DNA of 64,000 bases from the human T2T-CHM13v2.0 reference genome, Homo sapiens. The number at the start of each line of letters is the position of its first letter. Positions within the stretch are counted from its first letter, which is position 1. Of this stretch, positions 1-16,079 are shown one piece after another. The stretch is taken from assembly GCF_009914755.1 (NCBI RefSeq), contig NC_060925.1; one strand, given 5' to 3'. Below the pieces are notes generated by a model that saw only the letters and a list, made by a program, of their open reading frames with translations, was not told the origin of the DNA and searched no databases. Both the position numbers and the translations under genes were made by a program.

Positions 1-129
1 GCATGAGGCACTTTGCCTTGCTCTGGGCCAACTGTATTTAAAAAACACAGAGCCAAAAAACAAAAAAAGCAAACCAGAAAGAACAAAATATAGAGCCAGT
101 AATTTTAATGTGTGTGTAAACCTCTTTAG

Positions 130-130
<1 letters not shown>

Positions 131-165
<35 letters not shown>

Positions 166-178
166 TATATATATATAT
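131..178. repeat. Compound microsatellite (CA)16 + (TA)n
   Basis: Read directly. Confidence 0.95.
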
Positions 179-521
179 GAAATGTGTAGGCCAAGCTTTA
201 CGGTAAAAGGAGCACTTTCTGGTTAACTTCAAGACCTTGTCCTTCACTTTTAAAACATTTTGTTTTGACTAGTGTGGCTGTCAAGTTTTATTAAAGTTCA
301 CGTGGATTTTATAGCTTTGGAACATAAATCTGGTATGAAAAGGTGAGCTTCTATCAAAGTAATTCAAACCAGACAAAGTAAATAAAATTGTTCTTGGCCA
401 CAATAAATCAAATGCATTATAGAAAAAAAAGTGCTCTCTAAAGACAGCCTCATTCTCTGAAGGAGTATAGTTTTTCAAAGTAGATTTTTCCCTTTTCTTC
501 TCAGTTATGTGAAAAAAGTGA

Positions 522-842
<321 letters not shown>

Positions 843-1309
843 CCCCAAAAAAGTGGTTTTTCAGCAGTTTTTCTTATTTTAATACCTTTTAATATCTGTT
901 TTTAGAATAGTTCTGAGTTTTTTCAAACAAAACATAAAGTTATTTTGAGAAACTATATGGAACAACAAGAATGTGATATTTGTTTAGTAAAAAGGTTGTA
1001 ATAATATTGGATATTAAAGTACCTTTCTGTACTTCTTAGGCATAGGTCAGTATCATCACTCTTATTCTGAAAATTTTTAAAGACCTCCTTTTCCTGCAAA
1101 AAGAATTACAAACTTCTCGTCATAATATTTTGTACCTTCCATGGTCTTTCCCTGATCTAATTTTATAATGCCTGTGAAGTTTTTCTGTGCAACCCAACAC
1201 TAAAATTCCATGATTGCTTCCTCCTTCTTACACACCTTGTGATTATATACCATGACCCCTTTATACATACTCCTTACTCAGCCTGAAGTGAGCTTCCCCA
1301 TATCCAGTT

Positions 1310-1950
1310 TTTCATTTGACAGTTGTTTACTGAGTACTTACCATGGCCTGACCTCACGCTCATAGCTGGAGGTGAAATGATAATCAGGACAGCGTCATTG
1401 TCCTTCAGGAGTTTTCAGTCTGATCAAGGGGAGGAGGGTTCTTGTGTAGAGTGTAAGGCCAATGTACATGTGTATACCTAGGGCTGCAGGAGGATGGGGA
1501 GAGTGAGTAGCTTTGAGGAAACTGGATGAGGCTTCATAGAGGAGGTAGTCTTTAATCAGAGTTTTAAAAAGTAGAGGGAGAAAAAAATCTGAGTATAAAT
1601 GGGGCTGTGCAATTCAAACCTGTGTCGTTAAAGAGTCACATGTACATAAAATATGTAAAAGTTTCATTCCATTCTTATAAAAACTTTATTAAATTATAAC
1701 ATCAATACATATTTATTCTATACAGTTTGGAAGTTACAGAAGAAAAATCCTTCAATTACACTAATAGAAAAAAACTACTGGAGGCTTTCCTATTAAAAAG
1801 GCTTTATAAGGCAGGGAAGACTAGAGAGAGGGAATGTTGTATTCCGAGATGGGGCAGCATGAAAGCAGTATGGCATATTCAGGGAAGGGAAAGTGGGTAT
1901 GTTTGGAGCACAGGATGATTGAAGATGAGGCTAGAGATGAGTGAGACAAA
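1310..1950 (-). mobile_element. L2 fragment, interrupted at ~1571-1790 by a templated copy
   Basis: Degenerate L2 3' signature (tttactgagtacttacc...tgtccttcaggag; gcttcatagaggaggt). Confidence 0.6.
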
Positions 1951-1959
1951 TGTCTCTCT

Positions 1960-2119
1960 GTGCTTCTCAAAGTAGTCTCTGGACCAACGGCATCAGCATC
2001 ACCTGGAAAATTATTGAAATGAAACTTCTCTGTGTCTACCCCAGACCTACTGAATCAAAATCCCAGTGGTAAGGGCCAGGAATCTGTGTTTTTACAAGCT
2101 CTCCAATTTAAGAAGCACT
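1960..2119. mobile_element. MER5A (hAT-Charlie)
   Basis: gcatcagcatcacctggaaa...ccagacctactgaatcaaaa...aggaatctgtgtttttacaagc. Confidence 0.8.
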
Positions 2120-2241
2120 CTTCTATTTCGTGGAAAGGGATTGATTGGACTCTTCCCTATAAGCAATTGGGAGGAATGAGAAGTTTTTAAGCCTGGAGGC
2201 ATTATGATCAATTTTGTGTTCTAGGAATACTCATTCGTTGA

Positions 2242-2579
<338 letters not shown>

Positions 2580-2990
2580 TGAATCAACATTTATTTAGTG
2601 CCTCTTGTATGTTCCGCATGCAGGTAGGCACCTGGAATACAATGGTGACTAAGGTACCATGGTTCCCACCCAGTGGAAACCATAATATAATGGGAAAGAG
2701 ATTATTATTAAGTACATTATGAGTAAATAACTATAATTATGATAATTATTTACTGATACCAAGTTTATTTTTCAAGAACTAGATAAAATGCTAATCCCAT
2801 AATAGAGGTTACATTAACTTTACTCCAATGTATACATTATTTCAACAGCACTTTGCTTGTCTGCAAGAGCTCTTAATACATTCTTTCCTACTAACGTTCC
2901 TTTGAGAGCAAGAGAGTATTTTATCAACTTGGTTAAGTTACTCTTTTGTGTTTTTCTCTCTTGTTCTCCTTTTTTCTCTTCTCTCTAAAG

Positions 2991-3065
2991 ACTGCTCAAG
3001 GTGGTGGTCATCGAACACTCCTCTACGGACATGCCATATTGCTGCGCCATTCCTATAGTGGCATG
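2991..3065 (+). CDS. RYR2: RYR2 coding exon (exon 6), [25 protein letters not shown], 75 nt, phase 0-0
   Basis: Long pyrimidine tract then ctaaag|ACT; donor ATG|gtgagt; peptide matches recalled RyR2 ~aa104-128. Confidence 0.97.
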
Positions 3066-3669
3066 GTGAGTAGGCATTTGATTTCATCTCCCTGTGGTCA
3101 TGCTGATCCATTTGGGGGTACATGGTCTGCAAATGCTGGTAGCATCATTTCTGCAATGGTATTAATGAGCTTGGATGTTTGTGTTCTTTCATATCTTTGT
3201 ACCCTTGTTAGTTTCTCATGTAAAAGATGAAAGTCAGCTCAGATGACTTTTAAGGTCCTTTAATTCTATCATTATATGATTACCATCTTCAGTATCTTAC
3301 TTTTGATAGAGTAGTTTTAGGAGGAGAGAGGTGTAAGAGTCAAATAAGAGATATTTTCTTTTCTGATTTTGTTTTGAAGAGTTCATTTATTAGAGAAATA
3401 AGGTATCTTTATTGAAAGATCAGATTTAAGAAAATCTACCTGTGAGCTCCAATATTAATTGTACTCACCAACTTCTTTTTCTTCTTCACCAGGTTTCTCT
3501 TTTACCACATCTGCTCCTCCTTTCACCCAGTTATTCACTAGGCTTCTCTTGGGCACAGTTTTCTTATTCTTTGCCTCATGTATATATGCACATATATATG
3601 TGTATATATGTAAATGTTTTAAATATATATTTTATAAATACTTTAATGTATTCTTAGCTATTACATATA

Positions 3670-4418
<749 letters not shown>

Positions 4419-4624
4419 TCATTCCATTCTTATAAGAGCTTTATTAAATTATAAAAGCAATACATATTCTATACGATTTGGAAGTTGCAGAAGAAAAATT
4501 CTGATCACACTAATAGGAAAAAACTGTTGGAGGCTTTTAAAAAAAGTTTTAATCTCTTCTGTCCTTAAGGCTTTTTTTTTTTTAAACATAATTGAGATGT
4601 TACTACGTTACCAAATTTATATCA

Positions 4625-4915
4625 TTTTGTTTTTTGAGATAGGGTCTTGCTGTCACCCAGGCTGAGGTGCAGTGGTATGATCATGGCTAACTATAGCCTT
4701 GAACTCCGGGACTCAAGTGATTCTCTTGCTTCAACCTCCTGTGTAGCTAGGACTACAGGTGTGTGCTACCACGCCTGGCTAATTTTTAAATTTATTGTAG
4801 AGATGGGAGTCTCACCATCTTTCCTAAGCTGGTCTTGAGCTCCCAGGCTGAAACGATCCTCTCGCCTTGGCCTCCCAAAGTCCTGGGATTACAGGCATGA
4901 GCCACCATGCCCGGC
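4625..4915 (-). mobile_element. AluJ
   Basis: Diverged reverse Alu with J-type features (gatcatggct, agccttgaactcc). Confidence 0.9.
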
Positions 4916-5128
4916 ATGATTTTCTTTTCCTTTTCTTGTAACATAAGCATTTTCCATGTTGTTTATATTGTCAACATAATTTTAGTGGCAACATGATAGT
5001 TCAATATCTAGAATATTATACAATATCTGTAATAATATACTTGATCATTCCTTTTAAAAAGTAGATGATTCCTGTATTATGTAAATTGTTCTAAAGCAGA
5101 AGACTACGTATCAATAACACTATCCAAC

Positions 5129-5530
5129 TGGATTAAGAAAATGTGGCACATATACACCATGGAATACTATGCAGCCATGAAAAAGGATGAGTTTATGTCC
5201 TTTGTAGGGACATGGATGAAGCTGGAAACCATCATTCTCAGCAAACTATCGCAAGGACAAAAAACCAAACACTGCATGTTCTCACTCATAGGTGGGAATT
5301 GAACAGTGAGAACACTTGGACACAGGAAGGGGAACATCACACACCGGGGCCTGTCGTGGGGTGGGGAGAGATGGGAGGGATAGCATTAGGAGATATACCT
5401 AATGTGAATGACAAGTTAATGGGTGCAGCACACCAACATGGCACATGGCACATGTATACGTATGTAACAAACCTGCACATTGGGCACATGTACCCTAGAA
5501 CTTAAAGTATAATAAAAAATAAAAATAAAA
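5129..5530 (+). mobile_element. 5'-truncated L1PA (L1PA4/5-like) 3' end
   Basis: L1 3'UTR, G-rich tract, A tail; TSD AATA(A/C)CACTATCCAAC (5113/5531). Confidence 0.93.
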
Positions 5531-5559
5531 AATACCACTATCCAACAAGGGCACACAAA

Positions 5560-6160
5560 TTTTCAATCTCAATCATGGATATTTATGTGATAATTTGATT
5601 TTAATTGTCTATTTAATGAAATTCAAAAGTATAGGATGAGAAGTATAGGAAATACATGGACGTGATTTTAATGATGATTTAATAATATCATTTCTTTTAA
5701 TGTGTTACATCACATGAATAGGTCAGATAAGAAAACTTGTGATCATGTTAGCAAGTGCTGGAAAAGGTTTTTAATAAAATTCAATGCTCATTCTTAATGA
5801 AAACTAAACATTGATTAATTCCTCAGTGATAAAGATTATCAGTGTCAGATCAATAGTGAATATTGTAATTGTGAAATGCTGAAGCCATTTTTTAAATCAA
5901 ATTAACTAAAATAAGAATATGTTTTATCTACCATTGCTAACTAACATTGTTCTGGAAATTTTGGCTGACATGTCAAGATATAAAACAACATAAAACAGTT
6001 TCATAAAGTGGTTGGATGTAAGAAAAATATGTAAAAACAATTTGTATAGAGCAATCACATATTAAAATTTAATGAAAACAATTCCACATTCTACAGCAAT
6101 CAAAACACATGAACTGCATGAGCTAATAAATGTGAGGGTTTCTTTTAAGACAACTACTCT
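5560..6160 (+). mobile_element. Ancient L1M ORF2 remnant
   Basis: Degenerate match to the IISIDAEKAFDKIQHPF-encoding region (gctggaaaaggtttttaataaaattcaatgctcattc). Confidence 0.6.
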
Positions 6161-7007
6161 CTATACATAATAGTTGGGTTAAGAGCCTCAACTTGGTTGT
6201 TAGATTTGGATTCAGTCTGTTTGCCACATGCTGGACAGCCTGGGATATTTTGCATAATCAAGCCTGTAATTACACCTGAAATTTTTATACATTCATTAAA
6301 TAAATATTATTTGGCATCTACTATGTGCTAGGTACTGTTTTAGGTCCTGGATATAGTAGTGAATAAGACCAAGTTCTTGCTCTCTTTAATTAACACTTAG
6401 TAGAATAATCATAGTATCTACCTCAGAGTTACTAGAAACATTAAGGAGAAAGCATATGTTAATAGTTATAGTTACAGTGCCTAATACTGTACTTGTTATT
6501 GAAAAAATTACAAAAGACTTTAATAGGAATCACTTCATGTTTGTCTGGGAAGTCTGATTATTGCAAAGTTGTTACCTTTTTAAAAAATAAAGGCAGATGT
6601 TAAGCACAATTTATATTTAAAGTCTATAAACATAGGGGATTATCGTGGGCTACCTGTCTTGAGGTCAGACTGACATTTCTGCTGTGGCTAAAAACAAGTT
6701 TAGGGACCCTGGGAGCCTCTTGGCTATAACCTTGGGAGCCATTGTTTTGTAGTTAAGAGTCAGAATCAGAATCTGCAGGTCAATTTGATTTCACATCCCC
6801 ATGGCACTGAATTCCACCTAACATACCAGCATATCTGCCACCGATTGGTTCATCTGCCTTCTCACACTCACAGACACACACCTAGCTGGATGGGCCCTGT
6901 ACCATAATAAGACATTTCTAGCCTTTGCATTATTTTTCCAGTGATTCTAAAGGGGGCTTGCTGGCAGTGCACTTGCTTCGTGATGGTAGTGTACTTTGAG
7001 TTCCTAC

Positions 7008-7072
7008 CACATTCGTCTTTGTATCTCTGTTCTTACAACACATTCATCTTTGTGTCTCTGTTCTTACAACAC
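7008..7072. repeat. 31-bp tandem duplication
   Basis: cacattcRtctttgtRtctctgttcttacaa x2. Confidence 0.9.
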
Positions 7073-7699
7073 TTTGTGGCATGGGGGTTGGGGAGCAGTA
7101 GGCTTGAAAAATGATCCTAAACTTTATGTCCAAGAATATACAGTTAGGAACACGTAAGGGTGGGAAGAATAAGGAGATGATGGTGTTGCAAGAGTGATTA
7201 CTCCTGTGGAAATGCACGTGTATGTAGACACACAATAAACCTCATTTTAGTGCAGTGACATGCTGTGCACCAAAATAAATTCTAGGTGGATTTCAAAGAG
7301 TTAAACATTTTTAAATGGAAACAAAACTAGAAGATAAAAGAGAATAGTCTTCAAATTTGTTTGGGAGAAAGATTTCTAACTGTCAGACTACATTGTACTT
7401 TTGCAGATGATCATGAATATCACATGAAGTGAGAGATGTACAAATACATCCCCAGTTACTTGTCTTCCTGTACTGACAGAGAACATTTCCTTTGTCTTTT
7501 ATAAGGGAAGAAAAGACTACAATTCCTTTAGGATATTGCCCCTAATGCATGCTGTTCTGCCTCACAGACATTTAAAAATCTGGGCTTTGTGCAGAAGCAT
7601 CCAGATTTTCAGGAAAACAGTGAGAACAGTAGGGATAGATGGATGCCAAATTACAGGTCAGAATAAGACTCTGCTGGTACAACTATAAACCTTAACGAT

Positions 7700-8131
<432 letters not shown>

Positions 8132-8176
8132 ACGAACAAAACCTCTACTTACAACTACTGATTTTGTACTTTGTAG

Positions 8177-8255
8177 TATCTGTGCTGCCTGTCCACCTCC
8201 CGGTCTTCAACTGATAAGCTGGCTTTTGATGTTGGCTTGCAAGAGGACACCACAG
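8177..8255 (+). CDS. RYR2: RYR2 exon 7, [26 protein letters not shown](G), 79 nt, phase 0-1
   Basis: ttgtag|TAT ... CAG|gtaagc; continues frame of previous exon. Confidence 0.97.
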
Positions 8256-10775
8256 GTAAGCATCTTGTGCTGCGGGAAGCCAGGTTCAGAGAGAACCCTG
8301 CAGGGGTTGGATTGGAAGAAGCCGGGAAATACGATACATGGGATGAATGTTCTTATGGATGGAGTCAGGAAAGAATGTTCTAATGAAAGTTTTTCCTAGA
8401 AGGGGAAAGTGTATATCATTCCTCTTGGTTATTCCCACATCATTAGTTGGATGTTCAAACTAGGCTTCAAACCTTATTCTTCTTGTAGGTTTGGATAGAA
8501 AATTAATATTTACTACATGATTTACTGGGTGTTAGCCATATTAATGTACACTAATTAGTTTGTGAAGTAATTCTACATGTCTCTCTCAAAAATGTTTTTA
8601 AGTCTGAAAATATAACATACTTGATGCCAACATTCAAATAAAAAGATAAAAAATGAAAGTCTCCTTAATTTCTCTGCCCACAGGGCATTATTCTACATAC
8701 CTGTCCAAGCAGACATGCATTTTCAGATTTGTGAAACAAAAATGTATATATTAACACTTTTTTTTGGAGAATCAAAATAGGAGAACACAAACTTGATGTT
8801 CTTCTCAATACTCTGAGGACTTTGCATTGACTTTATATATCCCTATAAAATTGGACTGTTTTGTCTTTTACAATGAGCATGCATCACTTTGTAATTAAAA
8901 ATAAAGACCAAGTAGAAAAAAGAATGGAAGGAAATAGTTCAACTTTTATTAAGTTGTTCCCTTCAAGAGTGAGATCAAGCTATCCTCTCACTCCACTCCC
9001 CCTCTTAAAAGTATTTACCCATATTTACTAAATCTTTTACAAACAACAAAAAGGTGAAAACAAAGCTATGTTTACCAGCCTCATAAACTTTTTAATAGAC
9101 CAATGCATCGTCTTATAAAAGAAATTCCAAGAACCCCTGGCACCAGAAAGATAAATAAATATATTATTCTGATTTTGTTTTGTACAGGCTCTATCATTCC
9201 TCTGTATTTTTGCTAGTTTTTTAGTTTTCTTATTCTAGTTAATGTATTTCAGCACACAGTTAAATGAGAAAGTTGTCAGTTCTCTCTTCAAAAGAAGTAA
9301 AAGACGCAGTCTAGAATTTGTTTTCATACATTGAGAAGATTATGTAATAGTCAAAACAAAACAAGTCAGTGTTTTCTCCCTGCGTCCTGATTTCCTTATG
9401 CTACTCTGTTTTTTCCCGTAGTTCCCTACCTCTTCTGAATTCCTCAATTAGTATTTATTATTTGTTGTCTGCCTGCCTTCATCAGAATTAAACTCACGAG
9501 GCAGATAATTTTTTCTTCCTTCTTTTTTGATGTATCCCAGCCACTAAAGCAATGGTTAGCCAATAGTGGGTACACTATAAATGTTTGAATGGATGAGAAG
9601 CTACCTGCAACTGTAAAAATGTGAATTGGATGAATGAAGATAAAGAATTCTGCCAGGTGACATTCAGGTTAGATTATGGTTTGTGTAAGAAAAGCAAGTT
9701 AGACTATGGTTTATGTAAGAAAAAACACAGATTACATGTTGACTGTAAGAATACTTACAAAATATTGCTTGGTAATTCACTTATTCACTCATGCAAAATG
9801 AATTTGTGGTGAGGGCCTATAATAGGCTAGCAGGAGCTGGAGAAACCTCAGTAAACAAAACATACCAAGTCCCACTGTTAGGGACTTACATTCTGGCATT
9901 GAGGAATTAGGAAAAAAAAGAGTTATGGAAACACCATAAAGTTGAGTGAAGGTAAAGAATGTAAATGATGACGGATATCATGAAAACACTCCTCTGATTT
10001 TGGGATAGAAGTTGCATTTAGGTTTTCAAAGGTATTATGAACAGAATGAAGAATGGCATGCTGAAGCTTCTATGTTAGGTATTGGGAAGAAAGAGTGAAG
10101 AAGAGACATGTGGCTCATGAGGCTTATGCTTGACTTGTGCTAGAAGAAATTGTTTGGTTGATGTAAACCAAGATCTTTTATAATTCATTTTTCTTTAGAA
10201 GGATTCTCTTATATGTTACCTTTAGATTAATAGAAAACACCACATTTTAAAATAATAAAGTAGAAAGGGGACAGGATAGTACAATCTTTAGATGATAATA
10301 CTTTGCATCCTTTTTTGAGTCAGCATCCAAAAATAACTACTGAGAACATTTTCAAAAAATTGTTACAATTGTCACGTCACAAAACCCCAAGTCCTTATGA
10401 AAATTGACAAAAAACAAGATGATTTTATAGAAAGGAATTGGACAGTATAATGACATGTGAGTGTGTAAAGAATGAAATCAGATCAGTGTGAGTGGTGAAT
10501 TTAGCCTTAGATGAGTATAAATAAACATCGCTTTAAAGCAATTCTTAGTGGAAGAAAAAGACATCAACCTTCCCTAAGTGTCACACCCAGTTTCTAGGAG
10601 AAGAATCTTATTTTATCCTAAGCTAAGGCTTAATTCTTTCTCTTTTCATGGTGTAAGAGATTAATTTGCATTAATTCCGGATTTCTGAAAGTTGTGTGTT
10701 GGGAATCATTGGCAAAGAAAATAGATTTTAATTAAGAGGAACTTTTTCATGTTTCACATATCCGTATCTCTGCAG

Positions 10776-10888
10776 GGGAGGCTTGTTGGTGGACCATACA
10801 CCCTGCCTCTAAGCAGCGATCAGAAGGAGAAAAAGTACGAGTTGGAGATGACCTCATCTTAGTTAGCGTGTCCTCTGAAAGGTACTTG
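10776..10888 (+). CDS. RYR2: RYR2 exon 8, (G)[37 protein letters not shown], 113 nt, phase 1-0
   Basis: ctgcag|GG ... TTG|gtaagt; frame-compatible; RyR/IP3R N-terminal motif. Confidence 0.97.
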
Positions 10889-11436
10889 GTAAGTGTGGAA
10901 AGTAGGATCATGTATCTGCTGATATGCTAAATGACAAGTCAATAAAATGATCTCTTTAAGGTTTATATTGTAAATTATCTATGAAAATTGCTTATAACCA
11001 TTCCTCTATCTCTATTAGATTAATTATAAATAACTTCCTAAACGGAAGAATAATGTGATGTGGGTGCAAATATAGCTTATCAGGTTGTTCAGGCAGGCTT
11101 CCCTCATAACCTTGATATGCATGTTCATGATATTGATAGTACCTTTTAATAAATTACTTTATTGATAGAATGTAAATGCAGTCTAATCAGGAATTAAAAA
11201 TTCTATGGTCTTTATTTTGCCCCTGATGAAAAGCCTATATTAATGAGGTTGTGATTACCTATTCTGATATTTATGAAAGCAAATTATTATGTGAGGAACA
11301 CATGCCATGTTAAGAAGGGAGAAATAGACAAAAGAAGAAATAGTTTGAAGTCTATCATTGACACTGCATTGTTTCATAGAGTAGGGGCTGGAAATGGGAG
11401 AATGAAGGAAGAAGTTTGTGTTTAATCATGAAATGC

Positions 11437-11751
11437 TGTCTTAGTCTGTTTTCATGCTGATGATAAAGACACACCCAAAACTGGGCAATTTACAAAAGAA
11501 AGAGGTTTGTTGGACTTACAGTCATGGTGGAAGGTGAAAGACACGTCTCATGTGGCAGCAGACAAGAGACAAGAGCTTGTGCAGGGGAACTCCTCTTTTT
11601 AAAACCATTAGATCTCATGAGACTTATTCACTATCATGAGAACATGGGAAAGACTTGACCCCCATTATTTAATTACCTCCCACCGGGTCCCTCCCACAAC
11701 ATGTGGGAATTCAAGATGAGATTCGGGTGGGGACACAGCCGAACCATATCA
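11437..11751 (-). mobile_element. THE1 (THE1A/B-like) MaLR solo LTR
   Basis: tgtcttagtc...ggacacagccgaaccatatca; 5-bp TSD AATGC. Confidence 0.9.
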
Positions 11752-12759
11752 AATGCATTTTGAACTTTTGTGGTAAGGTCAATATGTATTTAATTTAACT
11801 TATTTAGTAAGTTGTAGTTTTGCCAGAGAGTAGTCCAATACAGAAGTTTACAGTAAATTGAAATGAAGTAAGTTGAAATGAAGATGTGAAGGATGCTAGA
11901 GCAAAATATTCATTTTAAGGTTGAAAGGTGACTAAATAAATATAAAATGGGGCATTGTAAACTTTATATGAATATTCACATGAAAAATCCCAGGCATCAC
12001 AGTGTGTGATGATTGAAACAAAAATCTGAAATAGGGCATGTGGCAATTTAGCAGATACCGGGTTATAGAAAGTATTTTACCACTACCATAAATCAAAATG
12101 TAGTTCATGTGTTACTGGTTTAGGATTAAGTAAGTAGTTGATACCCCCTTTGTTCTATAAACATGAAATAGGGTAAGTTTGGGGATGTTGTAAGTCAGTT
12201 TTGGTTTACCAATACATTTAATTCCAGATTTGAAACATTTCTAGGAAGATTGGTTTTGTTTTGTTTCACTTGCCTTGTAGAAGAGGTAATGATGAAGACA
12301 AGGAAATGGTATAACAGTGTCTCGTGTAACTGACAGAAACTATTAAATTAAATGGAGTGTCTGATGTTGCGTAGCTATAGGGAGACCTGGAGCATTTTTC
12401 TACTTTTGTCCCTTAACCAATGTAGGTAGAAATAGTCACCATGCGAATTTCTAGGACAATACAGGTGTGCAGATTGTAAAATAAGCATTAATTAAGCTCT
12501 TGCTATATGCATGTGCTATGTATGTTAAGATGATGTATTTTGATCAGATATGCATTTTGAATTGTAGTTGTACCTGGAAACCAATAGCAGTAGAAATAAT
12601 TCATGCACACTTTTAATATATAAATTATACACATACTTTATTTAGATTTTGATATAACTATGAATTTTTTCTTGTTGTTGTTGTTGTTTTACAATTTGTA
12701 CTTCTGCTACGTATCAGAGTTTATTTGACAGGATGGCATCATTATGCACTGAAAAATGG

Positions 12760-12980
12760 AAAATTCAGACCTCACAGGGCCAGGACTTCTAACATCTATT
12801 CTACAACTAACTACCTGAGAAAGTCATCTAATTCTCTGAACTCTGGCTTTCTCATCTGTAAAAAATGAGGTTGATGCTGATAATCATGCATAGTGCCAAG
12901 GTTATTGTGAGGAAGCAATGAGATAATGGATTTAAATATGGGCAGAATTAAAAAGCACTACACAAGTGAAAGCAATAATA
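12760..12980 (+). mobile_element. MIR
   Basis: Core tttctcatctgtaaaaaatgagg...ggttattgtgagga. Confidence 0.7.
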
Positions 12981-13064
12981 ATGATGATAAGTGAGGTTTA
13001 CCTCCTATAGAAGGAAATAAACCTCATGATTAATTAAAATTTACAAGTGATTTCCAAACTACAT

Positions 13065-13236
13065 TTTATTGTTTTTTTTATTTTATTTTATTTATTTTTT
13101 GAGACAGGATCTTGCCCTGTGGCCCAGGCTGGAGTACTGTGGCCATCATAGCTCACAGAAGCCTCAACCTCCTATTCTCCCCAGTCAGCCTCCCGAGTGG
13201 CTGGGACTACAGGCATGAGCCACACCTTGCCCAGCC
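13065..13236 (-). mobile_element. Alu monomer (FRAM-like or deleted AluJ)
   Basis: Single reverse right-arm monomer with T tail. Confidence 0.8.
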
Positions 13237-13839
13237 TGTGCTACATAGCCAATTATTTATGTTCTCTTTCCTGGTAATCTTTTATATGGAGCTATAAGAG
13301 AGCAGCCAACCAGGTTGTTAAAATTTCACTTTCATTTGATAATGAAGTCGTTGCTTTTATTGTTGATCTCTATGGACCTAGCATATAGCAGAAACAACAG
13401 GAAAGGCCAAGGACACATCACTCATGCTTTCTAACCTCAAATAATTAGTGGAGAAAACAAATCAAACACATACAGAGCTGTATGAGGATATTGTAAGACA
13501 GTAAATACGCATTACAGTATAGCTTAGAGATGCTGAAGGACATTCCTATGGGTATAGAGATGGTGAATTATTATTTTACATTCCCACCATGGTGGATAGT
13601 AGCGGGTATATGAAGTACTATGGTGTGGATTCAAAGACTTATTTGGAGGACTCAGTGAAAAGGATCTAGAGAAACTGAAAGATCAAGAAGTGAGTTCGTG
13701 AAAGGACTTTGGGATAGGCAGAGGGAGTTGAAATAATCTATAGAATAAACCCTGAATAACTAAAGTTGGGCTGTGTGTATATATATGCACACTTGCCTTG
13801 TAGAATACACAAATATATATATATATATTGTAAATACGA

Positions 13840-14030
13840 AGTCTGGTGAGTATGAACCTGGGCTAATCATGTAACCTTTAGAAACCCTCAGTTCCTTCAT
13901 CTGGAGTCTGGGGAATAATAAAGAACTTAACTCATAGGGGTGTTACGGGATTAAATGCTGGAATCCAAAAAGGCTCGTAGTTCTGTGAATGGCACATAAA
14001 AATTATTTAGTAAGTTACTGTCACTATTTA
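13840..14030 (+). mobile_element. MIR
   Basis: ctcagttccttcatctgg...aactcataggggtgtt...ggattaaat. Confidence 0.65.
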
Positions 14031-14069
14031 CTTGGGAGATTTGTGCCTGTTAAGAATGGTTAAAGAAGT

Positions 14070-14685
<616 letters not shown>

Positions 14686-15772
14686 GAATGCTTAAAGAAA
14701 CAGCAGATATTTAACCAGAAGAAGAGATAGTTGGGAAAGAAACAGTGAAAGGAACATTATAGGTGATATTAACTAAAGATCTATCATGTGAAAGCAAGGT
14801 TCATCTTCTGAAGAGATGCTGGTGTTGTTAAAAATAAGTAAGTTTAACAATGTGTCTGATAACAAATTAGTTAAAACTAACTTCTAAAAATAAACATTTC
14901 CAGTCATTGATTTTACAACTCCTTGGTGATCAGTGTCTATTGACCGATGAGCGATTTTTCTTTCACTAACAGCGATGGTTAAGCTAAGATTAAACTAATA
15001 GTGCATGGGGTACACTAATACAACTATTACAATGCTAAATTGATGAAAGCTGGTTGAGAGGGTTGGTTTTCACCCTGTCCTCTGAGAACATGCCTTGTGG
15101 ACAGAAGAGGATACTGTGGACAGCACCTGGGATTGCTGCACCGTTGTCTGCTTTATATGTTGAACATTGGGGCTCAATTCTGAGGTATAAAGGGTCTTAA
15201 GCTCTAAAAATGGTTGTAAACGCCTCACCCAGATAATGTCTTTTCTCATTTTTGCTGTTTTATGTTCTGAGGTAAAAGGATATGTTAATCTTCTTTTCAA
15301 AAATATCCAAAAGGAAAGAATTTTTTTTGCTCATTGAAAATCTTATTTTCTTTTAAAGAAGGCCTTAGCAAAGCACCTTAAGAGAAATATACAATTTAAA
15401 ATAGAAAAAACATGGCCAAGTAGATATTACTGACTGAATTTATTTCAAACTAAACAAAATGAATCTTACAAAACAATTTTTTTCTGTGTGTTAGGTGTAA
15501 AAATCACTCCAGTAAGCCCAAATGTTTTCAATCTGTGGATTGGATTGTTTGCACTGGAAATGTAGATTTCCAACTGATTTTCTACTGATCAGGTTACTTA
15601 ATGAAACAGGCCAAGTTTTTCGGATCTGTGAAAACATTGCCAAATAAACAACTGATTGAAAATATATTAGGAAAAGCAGAATGCTTATCTAAAGGGTGAT
15701 GGAAAATGCTTAAGAGAAAGCTATTCTACAGTTCAAAAAATTTCTTTCTTTCTTACCCAACTCTAAATTTCT

Positions 15773-16079
15773 TTTTTTATTTTTTATTGTTATTTTTTAT
15801 TATACTTTAAGTTCTAGGGTACATGTGCACAACGTGCAGGATTGTTACATATGTATACATGTGCCATGTTGGTGTGCTGCACCCATTAACTTGTCATTTA
15901 CATTACGTATATCTCCTAATGTTATCCCTCCCCCCTCCCCCCACCCCACAACAGGCCCCGGTGTGTGATGTTCCCCTTCCTGTGTCTAAGTGTTCTCATT
16001 ATTCAATTCCCACCTATGAGTGAGAACATTCGGTGTTTCGTTTTCTATCGTTGCGATAGTTTGCTGAGAATGATGGTTT
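15773..16079 (-). mobile_element. 5'-truncated L1PA (L1PA4/5-like) 3' end
   Basis: ttattatactttaagttctagggtacatgtgcac...; TSD TAAATTTCT. Confidence 0.93.

Noticed and set aside
2905-2990. In-frame 5' extension of exon 6 from AGs after TACTAAC
   Set aside because: Poor GAG/AAG contexts and an in-frame TAA at 2934-2936
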